Shown here piece by piece: positions 17,687 to 26,133 of a stretch of DNA of 64,000 nucleotides. Made by a program: the position numbers and the translations under genes. Within the stretch, counting starts at the first letter, position 1; each line of letters starts with the position of its first letter. Origin of the DNA: Thermoplasmata archaeon. Lineage in GTDB: Archaea > Thermoplasmatota > Thermoplasmata > RBG-16-68-12 > JAFNFQ01. The notes beneath the pieces are model-generated. The model did no database searches. It was not told where the DNA came from and was given only the letters and a program-made list of their open reading frames with translations. The stretch spans positions 1-64,000 of the forward strand of contig JBGPQV010000014.1 in assembly GCA_041489255.1 (NCBI GenBank). Direction: 5' to 3'.

Positions 17687-18768
17687 GTCGTCGCCTCCTT
17701 TTTCAAAGCATCAATCAATCTGGGCGGGACGTCCTCGATCGCCCGCTCATGCCATTCTTCTTCGTAGCTCCACTCCGCGCTCGCGAGGACTTCTTGGACG
17801 GCCTGGTCGATGACGGGCTGGAACGAGCTCAGGTCCGGCAACCTCGCCTCGGGGAACGCGACCTCCAGGTCGACGGCCTCACCGTCCTCGATCTCCACGG
17901 CTCGGGCGGCTTGCTCGATTCTCCGGGTGACCTCCCCCAGGAGGCCCGCGCCGACCGTGGCCGCGGCCTCTCGGATCCATAACGTCCGCTTTGCCAGCTC
18001 GGTGGGGCTGATGTCCAGCCCGAGGATTACCATGCGGGCCTTGACGTAGGCGAGGGTCGGGTTCTCGATCCCCATTCGGGTCTTCAGGACCGCGAGGCTC
18101 GAGATCTCGTACCTGATCTCGCCCCTGTACTTCGGGGGCTCGGGTTGCGAAGGCAGGTTCAGCCGCTCTGCGTCCCCGTAGAGCAGGCCGACGTCCTGGG
18201 CCGCCTCGATGATGAGATCGAGGTGACTGGTCCGGCGGGAGCCCTCGCCGAACACTCGGTAGATCCCGGTCCCCGCGCGGTCCGCGTCATGGAAGATGAG
18301 GACGGGCTTGTCGTCGTCCTGGAGCAGCTGGCGGACCAGGCGGGTAGGGAACCCCTTCCCGGCGACGACGACTCCCCAACCGTAGTCGGAGAGCTCTTTG
18401 ATCTTGTCGGCCTCGCCCGCCTTCTCCACGAATATCCAGCCGCGGTTCTGCTCCCACGCGTCCGGGAGGTCCTCGATGGGGTTCTTCGTCCCCTGGTCGT
18501 AGAACCAGCCTTCGGGCTTGGCCTCGGGCCGCTGCAGCCCCTCGTTCTGCTCGAGGGAAGTCCACACGTCGTCGCGGTAGGTCGAGTAGCCCTGGTCGGT
18601 CAGGAACCAGTCGAACTCCTCCTGGGTGATCCTCTTGCCCAGCTCGGGGGCGATGAGGTCTCTCACGATGTAATAAGAGTCCCGTTGGAATTCGTCCTTG
18701 AGCAGTTCGTAGTTGGCGCGGATGATCTCCCTCACGACTTTCCAGAGGTTCGTCTTGGCCTTGGTCAT
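17683..18768 (-). CDS. stand-alone Topo VI subunit A/Spo11-like protein (catalytic Tyr plus TOPRIM)
   Basis: QRDSYY (RDxYY), WIFVEK, AGKGFP, IFHDADRAG (DxD), DVGL, RYEISSL; RBS AGGTGA. Confidence 0.85.
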   Translation of the reverse strand: MTKAKTNLWKVVREIIRANYELLKDEFQRDSYYIVRDLIAPELGKRITQEEFDWFLTDQGYSTYRDDVWTSLEQNEGLQRPEAKPEGWFYDQGTKNPIEDLPDAWEQNRGWIFVEKAGEADKIKELSDYGWGVVVAGKGFPTRLVRQLLQDDDKPVLIFHDADRAGTGIYRVFGEGSRRTSHLDLIIEAAQDVGLLYGDAERLNLPSQPEPPKYRGEIRYEISSLAVLKTRMGIENPTLAYVKARMVILGLDISPTELAKRTLWIREAAATVGAGLLGEVTRRIEQAARAVEIEDGEAVDLEVAFPEARLPDLSSFQPVIDQAVQEVLASAEWSYEEEWHERAIEDVPPRLIDALKKEATT

Positions 18769-18919
18769 GTTCTCACCTGGATGAGCTGAAAAATAAAGGG
18801 CGCCCCCGCCCGCCAGGGCGGAGGCTTGGGGGGAAACTAGTCGGGGTAAAACTCGGAACGTCTCTATGGTAGGGGCCTACGGCAGTCGGTAATCCTATGG
18901 AGAAGACTGCCGTAGGGGG

Positions 18920-18943
18920 GCCAGGTGACCGCCGTAGGCCCCC
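18920..18943. repeat. attachment site, right copy (intact 3' end of rnpB)
   Basis: Identical to 7263-7286. Confidence 0.92.
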
Positions 18944-19278
18944 TTCTGTTCTAACGGCATTTGACTTAGCGTCCTACCTGGCCTATCGGCCTTTTTGGAC
19001 TTGCTCCGATGGGGAGTCGCCGTCTCACCAGTCGGCTCCGATCGCTCGGCTCCTGCACTCCGCCGCCAGCGTCCTCGTCATTACGTGCCGCGATTCATCC
19101 TCGGCGGCGGCTGTGTCGTTTCTGCGCCCTTGCCATCCCTCTCGGGATACCGGCTTGCGCCGGTCCACCAGCGTCCCCGCGGCCTCCGCGAGAGGCGCGC
19201 GGTTCGCTCGCCGGTTTGGAGGGGGGACCTTCCTCAGCAACCACGTTGGTCACCGTCGGCCGTCCACGGTCTCCTGGC
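18920..19278 (-). ncRNA. rnpB: RNase P RNA (archaeal, type A-like)
   Basis: Minus strand has GAGGAAGGUCCCCCCUCC (CR I), GCGCAGAAACG (CR II), GGUGAGACGGC (CR III), GGAGCAAG and AACAGAAGGGGGCCUAC (CR V); P1 helix GCCAGGAGACCGU/GCGGUCACCUGGC closes the ends. Confidence 0.95.
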
Positions 19279-19415
19279 GGGACTCCAACAGAGTTCCCGC
19301 CTAAAATGCTTTCCGTTGGCGGACGAAGGAATTGACCTCCAGTGATTGATCAGTGCAGCTCACTTCAAGAGGCGATGACCGTCATCTATAAACCGCCAAT
19401 TTGCTTGCTCCAATC

Positions 19416-19862
19416 GTGCTCAGAATCCGGCTTTTCGCACCGAACGACGTCGGTCCAGTCATGGATTTGGTGAAGGCCTCCTTGAGGGAGAACTACCCGC
19501 CGAACCTCTACCTGGACGTCCACCACTGGTGGAAGGAGGGATTCCTCGTGGCGGAGAACTCCGGCCAGGTCATCGGGTTCATGGCGTGCGTCGTGAACGC
19601 ACCGGGCCAGGCCAGGGTGCTGATGCTCGCCATCGACGCACCTCACAGGAACCAAGGCATCGGGACGCAGCTCATGACCGCGTTCGTCAGAGAGTGCGCC
19701 GTCAGGGGGATGAAGTCGATCGAGCTCGAGGTCAGGCAGAGCAACCTCGCAGCCGTCAGATTCTACAGGCGCCATGGCTTCGAGATCACCTACACCCTCG
19801 AGCATTTCTATACCGACGGCGAGGGCGGCTACAAGATGATCAAGCACATCGGGGCCGCCTGA
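19416..19862 (+). CDS. rimI: RimI/Ard1-like N-acetyltransferase
   Basis: LAIDAPHRNQGIG, LEVRQSNLAAVRFY, FYTDGEGGYKM; GTG start chosen. Confidence 0.88.
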   Translation: MLRIRLFAPNDVGPVMDLVKASLRENYPPNLYLDVHHWWKEGFLVAENSGQVIGFMACVVNAPGQARVLMLAIDAPHRNQGIGTQLMTAFVRECAVRGMKSIELEVRQSNLAAVRFYRRHGFEITYTLEHFYTDGEGGYKMIKHIGAA

Positions 19863-19866
19863 GGCC

Positions 19867-21399
19867 CTACTTGTACCCTTCCATGCCCTCGCTCGGATGA
19901 TAATTCCAGTAATTGTATGGCGACGCGCTCTTCTGTGACTCCGTGACGTCCTTCGCGACCCCGCCGTAGTAGGAGCCGTACTTCGCCTTGATCTGCTCCT
20001 CGGCACTCCTTGCCCTCTTGAGCGCGTCCTTGATGTGCTTCGGCTCGATCAGGGGGCTCTTCTCGGTCACCGCCAGGTCCCCCGCCGACCTGATGAGCCC
20101 GCCGAGTTCCCTGAGGCGCAAGGTCAACGATTTCTCCTGCCCATCGACCTCCTTAGCGCGCCTGTGCGCCTCGGTGATCAACGCCTGCACCGCGTCCCTC
20201 GTGGCCGGAGGGATGCGCTTGTCCATCGCGATTTCCTGCGCGGTGAACTGCGCCAGCTTCGACCTGTTTACCTCGTTGTCCTCCATCGTGGTTTCGACGA
20301 GGACCTCGTAGCCGCTGCCCATGATCCTCGACCTGAGGGGCGAGAGGATGTGCGGGAGGTCCTGGATGTTGCACGCTGCCACGAAGATGAAGTCGCAAGG
20401 GACGGCATCGACGCGGACGCTCGCGCCGGCGCTCTGCGGGTTCCTTCCCGAAATCGGGAACCGTTTCTCCTGCATTGCGGTGAGGATGTACCTCTGGAGG
20501 AAACCGAGCTGCGGCAGCTCGTCTATGAACAGCACGCCCTCGTGCGCCTCGTGTATCGCGCCGGGCACGACCCTCTCGTACGGCTGGGTGCCGAGCTGTG
20601 GATGGCCGCCGTACGGGTCGTGTCTCACGTCCCCCAGCAGCTCCGTGTCGCTCGCCCCGGTCGCGAGCACGAAAGGGTTCCTCTCGACCGGGACGAGGAC
20701 CTTCCTGGGGCTGATCTGCTCCATCTCCCTGCGCTTCTCCAGCGCCTTCTGGTCCAGCACCTTGATGAGCTCGCCCGCCCGCTCGTAGACGACGACCTCC
20801 TCCTGGCCGAACCTGCGTCTCGTGGTCGTGACCCTGTCTTTTGCGGCTATGGTGCCCAGGGTGACCTCGAAGAGACCGCCGAGCAGGTCCCCGAAGGGGT
20901 TGCTGGCGGTCTGATGTATCGCGGACTTGGGGCGGCTGCATTTGGGGCAGACCCTGTCTTTCGGTGAGGAGTAGATGCCGCAGTGCACGCACTTGTAGCC
21001 CAGACGTTCAGCGACATTTATCGGCGCCTCCTTCGGATCGATCAGCTCGCCCTCGGCGCCCTCCCTTTCCAGGTTGTCCTTCACCACGTCATCGCGCTTC
21101 CTGACCTCGATCATCGGCCGCTCGGGGTTCTCAGGGTTGTGGACGACCCGTATCTCCTCCATCGGGCGGGGAAGGTGCAGCGACAGCGCCTGCGCTATCA
21201 TCGACTTCCCGGTGCCCGGCGGGCCGACGAGGAGGAGATGTCTCCTCTGCGTCGCCGCGGTCCTGGCGAGGGTGACGGCGTCGTCCTGCCCGATGACCCG
21301 CTCCAACGGGTCCGTGGGGATGGGTATGTCTGTGGTCGACTCGATCTGGTCGAGGTTGACTATCGTCGGTTTCTTCGGCGGACGCCTCTCGACTGTCAT
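19867..21399 (-). CDS. LonB-related AAA+ ATPase lacking the protease domain
   Basis: ERVIGQD, GPPGTGKS, LLGDVRHDPY, GAIHEAHEGVLFIDE, LRLRELGGLIR; CVHC/CPKC insert; ends without a Ser-Lys protease domain. Confidence 0.88.
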   Translation of the reverse strand: MTVERRPPKKPTIVNLDQIESTTDIPIPTDPLERVIGQDDAVTLARTAATQRRHLLLVGPPGTGKSMIAQALSLHLPRPMEEIRVVHNPENPERPMIEVRKRDDVVKDNLEREGAEGELIDPKEAPINVAERLGYKCVHCGIYSSPKDRVCPKCSRPKSAIHQTASNPFGDLLGGLFEVTLGTIAAKDRVTTTRRRFGQEEVVVYERAGELIKVLDQKALEKRREMEQISPRKVLVPVERNPFVLATGASDTELLGDVRHDPYGGHPQLGTQPYERVVPGAIHEAHEGVLFIDELPQLGFLQRYILTAMQEKRFPISGRNPQSAGASVRVDAVPCDFIFVAACNIQDLPHILSPLRSRIMGSGYEVLVETTMEDNEVNRSKLAQFTAQEIAMDKRIPPATRDAVQALITEAHRRAKEVDGQEKSLTLRLRELGGLIRSAGDLAVTEKSPLIEPKHIKDALKRARSAEEQIKAKYGSYYGGVAKDVTESQKSASPYNYWNYHPSEGMEGYK

Positions 21400-21408
21400 C
21401 CTTCCTCA

Positions 21409-22719
21409 TCAACTCGCGAAATCGCCCTTGGTGAGTATCTGGACGTTGGCGGGCTGTTTTGCCACCGTGCCCATCTTCGCGCCGACCACGGACTTGATGC
21501 CTATGTCGGCAGCTATGTCAAGTATCCTCTGGGTTATAATCCCGTCGAACACAACGGCCCTGACTCTCTTGGTGTTTGACTTGAGGGTCTCGACGAGCTC
21601 CCTGACGGGTACCTCGACCGCGATCTCGTCCCTGTCGTCCAGTATCCTCGCCCTCGAGGACCCGGAAAGTTCGATCAGCATGTCCCGGTACTTCTCGATC
21701 TGCGGGGGGATCCTTCTCTGCGGCTCTCTCGCAGGAGGTTCCTCCTGAGGCTCAGGCGCCCGCTCGGGCATCGGGGGCTCAGGCTCCTCCGTCGGCGGCG
21801 GGGCTGGCGGTGCCAGGCCCGCTGGCCGCGGCTTCTCCTCCTCCGTCGCCTTCAGTGTGATCCCTCCGAGGCCGTACATCTCGACGTACTGCTCGGCGGG
21901 TATCTTGTTCCTGAGGGCCTTCATGATCTGCTTCTGGGTCATCTCCTCGACCTCCGTGCCCCTCGGGGCCCGGGCGATGAAGTCGACCTCGGCCACCTGG
22001 AGCATTTCCTTGAGGATGAGGTCCCCGCCCCTGTCGCCGTCGACGAACGCCGTGACGACGCGCTCCTTCGCGAGGTCCTGTATCGTCTTGGAGATGTTCG
22101 TGCCCTCGACTGCAATCGAGTTCTTTATCCCGCACTTGAGCAGGTTGAGCACGTCGGACCTCCCCTCGACGACGATGATTGCGTCGCTGTCGGAGATGTT
22201 CGGTCCTGCAGGCAGGCGCTCCGGTCCGAAGGAAATCGCCTCCGAGACCTGAACCGACCGCCTGACCTCGTCCAAGAGGCCGAGGCCGGATGTCCGCGAG
22301 GTGTCCACCATGTTGGTGAGCAGCTGCCTCGCCCTCTCGACTATCTTGTTCCTCTTGGTAATCCTGACGTCCTCTACCTTCTCGACCTTGATGATCGCCT
22401 TGCACGGTCCGACCCTGTCAATCGTCTCCAGGGCCGATGCAAGGACGCTCGTCTCGACCTGGTCGAGACTCGATGGGATGTAGATGTTGCCTTCGCTCTT
22501 GCCCTTCTTCGCTATCACTTCGACTTCTATGCGCCCGATCCTGCCGCTCTTCTGGAGATCTCTGAGGTCTAGCTCATCTCCCAACAGACCCTCTGTCTGG
22601 CCGAAGACAGCCCCTATTACGTCGGGCTTCTCGACAACCCCATCAGCATCCAGACGAGCGTGAATCAGGTACTTCGTCGTGCTTGGATCTATGTTCATAT
22701 TCTCTGTTCCTAGGGACAA
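21409..22719 (-). CDS. dnaG: archaeal DnaG (exosome-associated)
   Basis: GVVEKPDVIGAVFGQTEGLLG, IIVVEGRSDV, FVDGDRGG, FDGIITQR. Confidence 0.97.
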   Translation of the reverse strand: MSLGTENMNIDPSTTKYLIHARLDADGVVEKPDVIGAVFGQTEGLLGDELDLRDLQKSGRIGRIEVEVIAKKGKSEGNIYIPSSLDQVETSVLASALETIDRVGPCKAIIKVEKVEDVRITKRNKIVERARQLLTNMVDTSRTSGLGLLDEVRRSVQVSEAISFGPERLPAGPNISDSDAIIVVEGRSDVLNLLKCGIKNSIAVEGTNISKTIQDLAKERVVTAFVDGDRGGDLILKEMLQVAEVDFIARAPRGTEVEEMTQKQIMKALRNKIPAEQYVEMYGLGGITLKATEEEKPRPAGLAPPAPPPTEEPEPPMPERAPEPQEEPPAREPQRRIPPQIEKYRDMLIELSGSSRARILDDRDEIAVEVPVRELVETLKSNTKRVRAVVFDGIITQRILDIAADIGIKSVVGAKMGTVAKQPANVQILTKGDFAS

Positions 22720-22879
22720 ACGAGAACGACTGATCCGCTCCAGACATCGCTACTCGCGAATGCGGGGTGGCTCCTTTCTCACGCGCAACCCCTTACTAAT
22801 GTGATGATTGGTAACGGGATGAGTGGGAATGGTCATTATCGCTTGCTATCCCTTGGATACCTATTCGGGTCGCCTTTAT

Positions 22880-23311
22880 TTAAACATTGCGACGCCGTTG
22901 CGCCACCGAGGCCAACTTGGAGGGCGCGGCTGCGCCGATCGAGTCCACGCTCTCCATGCTCACGACGGCCATCAGCGCCGCCTTCGCCGGGATGAGGTTG
23001 AGGTAGAATTGCAGCGTCCCGAAGACAAGGAGCACGAGCCATGCCAGGACGGCCGGGATGAACAGCTGGTCCGTCGAAGGCAGCCGCCCGAACGCAGGCA
23101 GCCACGCGGCGAGCGCCGGCATGAACGCGAGAGCAAATGCGGCGAACGAGCGCTTGATTCGCGCTTCATCTGCGGTGAGACCTGCATTCGTCGTTGATTT
23201 CGCACGCGTCGCAATCCTCAGGTACACGCGCGCGGTCGTTGCGACGACGACAAACCAGACAACCCCAAGAACGGCCTGGGACAATACTCCTGCGATTCGC
23301 TCGATGTCCAT
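22880..23311 (-). CDS. membrane protein
   Basis: Three hydrophobic segments. Confidence 0.5.
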   Translation of the reverse strand: MDIERIAGVLSQAVLGVVWFVVVATTARVYLRIATRAKSTTNAGLTADEARIKRSFAAFALAFMPALAAWLPAFGRLPSTDQLFIPAVLAWLVLLVFGTLQFYLNLIPAKAALMAVVSMESVDSIGAAAPSKLASVAQRRRNV

Positions 23312-23384
23312 CTCGCCCTCGGCGAGTTCATCGATGCAGGATGACTATAGCCTATTGACCTAGTTATTGCGGTTGAGAACACGA

Positions 23385-23798
23385 TTACGCGCCGAGAATC
23401 TCCTCGGCCTCGCGCGCGGCTTGGTCCAACTCCTTCGCCGCGAGCTCGCGGTCAACATCCCCGCTCATCATGGCGAACAGGCTGGCGGTGCCGCCCGCGA
23501 TGGATTTCACCACAACGACGGAGTCTTTCGACTCGGTCACGACTCTTTCAGCGGGTTCGAGGCCGAGGTTGGCCAATACGTTGGAACACGACTGCATGGC
23601 CAGCGCGCTCATGGCGGTAACCATCATCACGTTGACCTTCGGCGGCAGGTCGCTCGCGATCGGGAGGCCACTCTTGTCAGCTATTGCCGAACCGCGTATG
23701 TAAGGAACCCGTCGCCTGAATTCAAGAAGCACAGCCTGGAGCATCTCGGCAAGATTGCCCACTTTTCCCGCGACCCTCTCCGTCTGCTGGATGGACAT
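23385..23798 (-). CDS. Roadblock/LC7 domain protein
   Basis: IRGSAIADKSGLPIASDL...TAMSA pattern; start uncertain. Confidence 0.85.
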   Translation of the reverse strand: MSIQQTERVAGKVGNLAEMLQAVLLEFRRRVPYIRGSAIADKSGLPIASDLPPKVNVMMVTAMSALAMQSCSNVLANLGLEPAERVVTESKDSVVVVKSIAGGTASLFAMMSGDVDRELAAKELDQAAREAEEILGA

Positions 23799-23875
23799 GC
23801 TGTCGGCCGGAAAAGCACTCCTCTGTCCGGGCATTAATGTTTGCGGGACGATTATCACATGCCACAATCACTGGC

Positions 23876-24349
23876 TTACTGCCGGCGTTCCTTCGCCGCC
23901 CTCGCCCTCCTCAATGACTCGTCGGTCCTGCGCCGTGCCCCCTCCTGCCGCTGTTCCTTCGTCCAGCGCTTCAATGTCTGGATGTAGTTCGGGAGGCCTT
24001 CGACATCCTTCACATCCTTCCTGCAGAGGACTGCGATCTTTTGGCGGTACTCCAGGTTCGGCTTGGCTCCGTTCGCAGTCAGCCCCTCCCGGATGCGTCT
24101 GCACAATGTCCCGCCGCGGGAGTCCCAGTCCGTCAACACGATGACCAGCCTGTGCTTACTTGAAACCTGCTCGCAGAAGTTGAAGAGAGACGAGCCCTTG
24201 TTCACTGTAATGATTTCGCCCTCCATCCCCAAGTTTCGAAGAGCAGTGGCATCTTTCCCGCCTTCAACGATGAGCGGCACTGCAACGTTCTCCTCCCGAA
24301 GTTCATCCAGAGTCTCCTGCAATTTCTCAAGGATGTCCTCATATTTCAT
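23876..24349 (-). CDS. small TOPRIM-domain protein
   Basis: LIVEGGKD, IVLTDWDSRG, KDVEGL. Confidence 0.9.
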   Translation of the reverse strand: MKYEDILEKLQETLDELREENVAVPLIVEGGKDATALRNLGMEGEIITVNKGSSLFNFCEQVSSKHRLVIVLTDWDSRGGTLCRRIREGLTANGAKPNLEYRQKIAVLCRKDVKDVEGLPNYIQTLKRWTKEQRQEGARRRTDESLRRARAAKERRQ

Positions 24350-24681
24350 TTCTTGAGCACCTCCAGGAGTCTGGCCCGGGTTCGGGTGCAGTCGAGGTCA
24401 ATCAAGACCACTTCCTTCAACCTCGAGGTCTGGCCGGTCATCAGGCGGACTCTATTCGTTGGGATCTGGAATGTCTCCGCGATGAATTCGAGCAGCGCAG
24501 CATTGGCTTTTCCTTGTCGCGGTTCGGCGGCGATTTTCACCCTGAGCGCATCCCGCCACTCGTCCACGCGCTCCCACGAATTGACTTTTGCATTGGGGAC
24601 CACTTCCACCCTCAGGATTGTTCCTTCCTTGCACATCCTCACCGACCTGCCAATATCCCACGCCTTCTTGGGCGGGTCCAT
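24346..24681 (-). CDS. DUF167/UPF0235 family protein
   Basis: VEVVPNAK...LRVKIAAEPRQGKANAAL...GQTSRLK. Confidence 0.9.
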   Translation of the reverse strand: MDPPKKAWDIGRSVRMCKEGTILRVEVVPNAKVNSWERVDEWRDALRVKIAAEPRQGKANAALLEFIAETFQIPTNRVRLMTGQTSRLKEVVLIDLDCTRTRARLLEVLKK

Positions 24682-24733
24682 CGCGCAGATGAGGAGGGCA
24701 GACTATAATAAAGAACATGCCTATTCCACGGTG

Positions 24734-25390
24734 ATGGCCGGAGCCGCCAGGGTCGACTTCGAGCGGATAACCCAGGTCTACCGCGAGGAGAGTGGCAAGA
24801 AGCAGCTGGTCGAGCTCGAACCGGACTTCTACGACGCCGCAAACGAGTACCTGAAGCGCTTGGAGCGCGAGACCGCCAGGGCGTCGGGGGAGAACGCCAC
24901 CGCACCCAAGACCCAGTTCCTCCAGGACGAGCTACGCAAGGCGAGGAAGAGGCTGGAGCAAATCTACCAGTACAGGGAGAGGAAGATTGCGCTCCTCGCG
25001 CAGTCTAACGTCAGCGGTGTGGAGACAGAGCTCAAGGGCATCACGGTGCAGGAGCAGGTCCTCTTCGAGAGACTTGTCGCGGCCCTGGGAGATTCGAGGA
25101 GGCTGGTCTTTGGCGGTTCACAGGTTGCAGAGCAGCGAGTCGAGGTTCCTCGTGCCGAGGAGAAGCCACGCGAATCCGAGGCCGCGGGGCAACCGCCAAA
25201 GCCAATCAGCGCACCGCCGCCCCAGACCCAGAGGAAGACCGTGACCGTCTACGTCATGGAGGACGTGCCGCCTTTCGCGGGCATCGATGTCACCTACAAG
25301 CTGATGAAAGAGGATGTCGTGTCGATGCCCGAGGAGTACGCGAACGTCCTCGTGAAGAGAGGGAAGGCCCGCGTGGTCGAAGTCCGGTGA
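24734..25390 (+). CDS. DNA replication complex GINS family protein
   Basis: LVELEPDFY, YRERKIALLA, C-terminal B domain DVPPFAGIDVTYKL...LVKRGKA. Confidence 0.9.
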   Translation: MAGAARVDFERITQVYREESGKKQLVELEPDFYDAANEYLKRLERETARASGENATAPKTQFLQDELRKARKRLEQIYQYRERKIALLAQSNVSGVETELKGITVQEQVLFERLVAALGDSRRLVFGGSQVAEQRVEVPRAEEKPRESEAAGQPPKPISAPPPQTQRKTVTVYVMEDVPPFAGIDVTYKLMKEDVVSMPEEYANVLVKRGKARVVEVR

Positions 25391-25411
25391 CCGCGACGGC
25401 GGGAATCCGGG

Positions 25412-25735
25412 TCACAGCTGCCTCACATAGATGTACGCCAGCGCCTTCCCGCCTACGACCTCGACCTCCACCATCGTCTTCTCATAGAGCTTCGCGGAGA
25501 CTCCCTCAAATTCGTCGAGCGCGAGGAGCTCCCTGTCTGCAATGCCCGTGAGCAGCCTCCCCTCGATCATACCGCCCTCCTTCTTCGCCGCGACGTAATA
25601 ATCAATCTCGGGGTCGAGCGCGCGCTCGTAACCCCGCAGCACCGCCTTGACGGCCAGAGGTTCCCTCCCGAGGACCTGCATCAATGTGCTCTTCTTCGCG
25701 AGCTCCCCGTGGACGAAGACCTGGTGGACGGTCAC
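25412..25735 (-). CDS. gamma-glutamylcyclotransferase (AIG2-like) family protein
   Basis: VFVHGEL, LALDEFEG..LYEK, AYIYV; GTG start overlapping the upstream stop. Confidence 0.8.
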   Translation of the reverse strand: MTVHQVFVHGELAKKSTLMQVLGREPLAVKAVLRGYERALDPEIDYYVAAKKEGGMIEGRLLTGIADRELLALDEFEGVSAKLYEKTMVEVEVVGGKALAYIYVRQL

Positions 25736-26040
25736 TGGCCCTCGCACTCCTGCAGGCCGATTGCGGGGTCGATCTCGCCCGCGAGATTCGTCGTCATGAG
25801 GCGCGCGACCTCCGCGATCCTCTGCCAGTGCTCTGCGCGCATGTTCTCGCTGTAGATGCTGAAGACCGCCTTCCCCCATGCGTTGACCAGGTCGAGCAAC
25901 TCAGGAACCGAGAAGACCAGTTCCTCCACGGATGTGGCGGGGTGGACCGCGCCCTCGCTCGCTCCCGCCGCGGCAAGAAGCTTCTTCACAACGGGAGGAT
26001 ATTCCATCGGGCGGCTCATCACGAACGGCGAATATGGTCT
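25732..26040 (-). CDS. hypothetical protein
   Basis: Coding-like ORF coupled to the downstream gene; start uncertain. Confidence 0.55.
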   Translation of the reverse strand, partial: RPYSPFVMSRPMEYPPVVKKLLAAAGASEGAVHPATSVEELVFSVPELLDLVNAWGKAVFSIYSENMRAEHWQRIAEVARLMTTNLAGEIDPAIGLQECEGQ

Positions 26041-26133
26041 TTTGGGTAAATCGAAGGCATATCGAATCCTTACCAGACTTTTTTTATAGTCGGCGGAGGA
26101 ATGATAATCGAGCAGAGAATGGAGGAGAGCTAA

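Larger units (their letters stand above)
7263..18943. mobile_element. integrative (plasmid-like) element inserted in the 3' end of rnpB
   Basis: Exact 24-bp direct repeat GCCAGGTGACCGCCGTAGGCCCCC at 7263-7286 and 18920-18943; integrase abuts the left repeat; interior encodes resolvase, ParB, helicase and RHH in a translationally coupled minus-strand operon. Confidence 0.92.

Noticed and set aside
7263-18943. Provirus interpretation of the element
   Set aside because: No recognisable capsid, portal, terminase, packaging ATPase or TM-anchored spike gene; a highly divergent virus cannot be fully excluded.
22801-22860. GTGATGA C-box upstream of dnaG
   Set aside because: No matching CTGA D boxes at suitable spacing.
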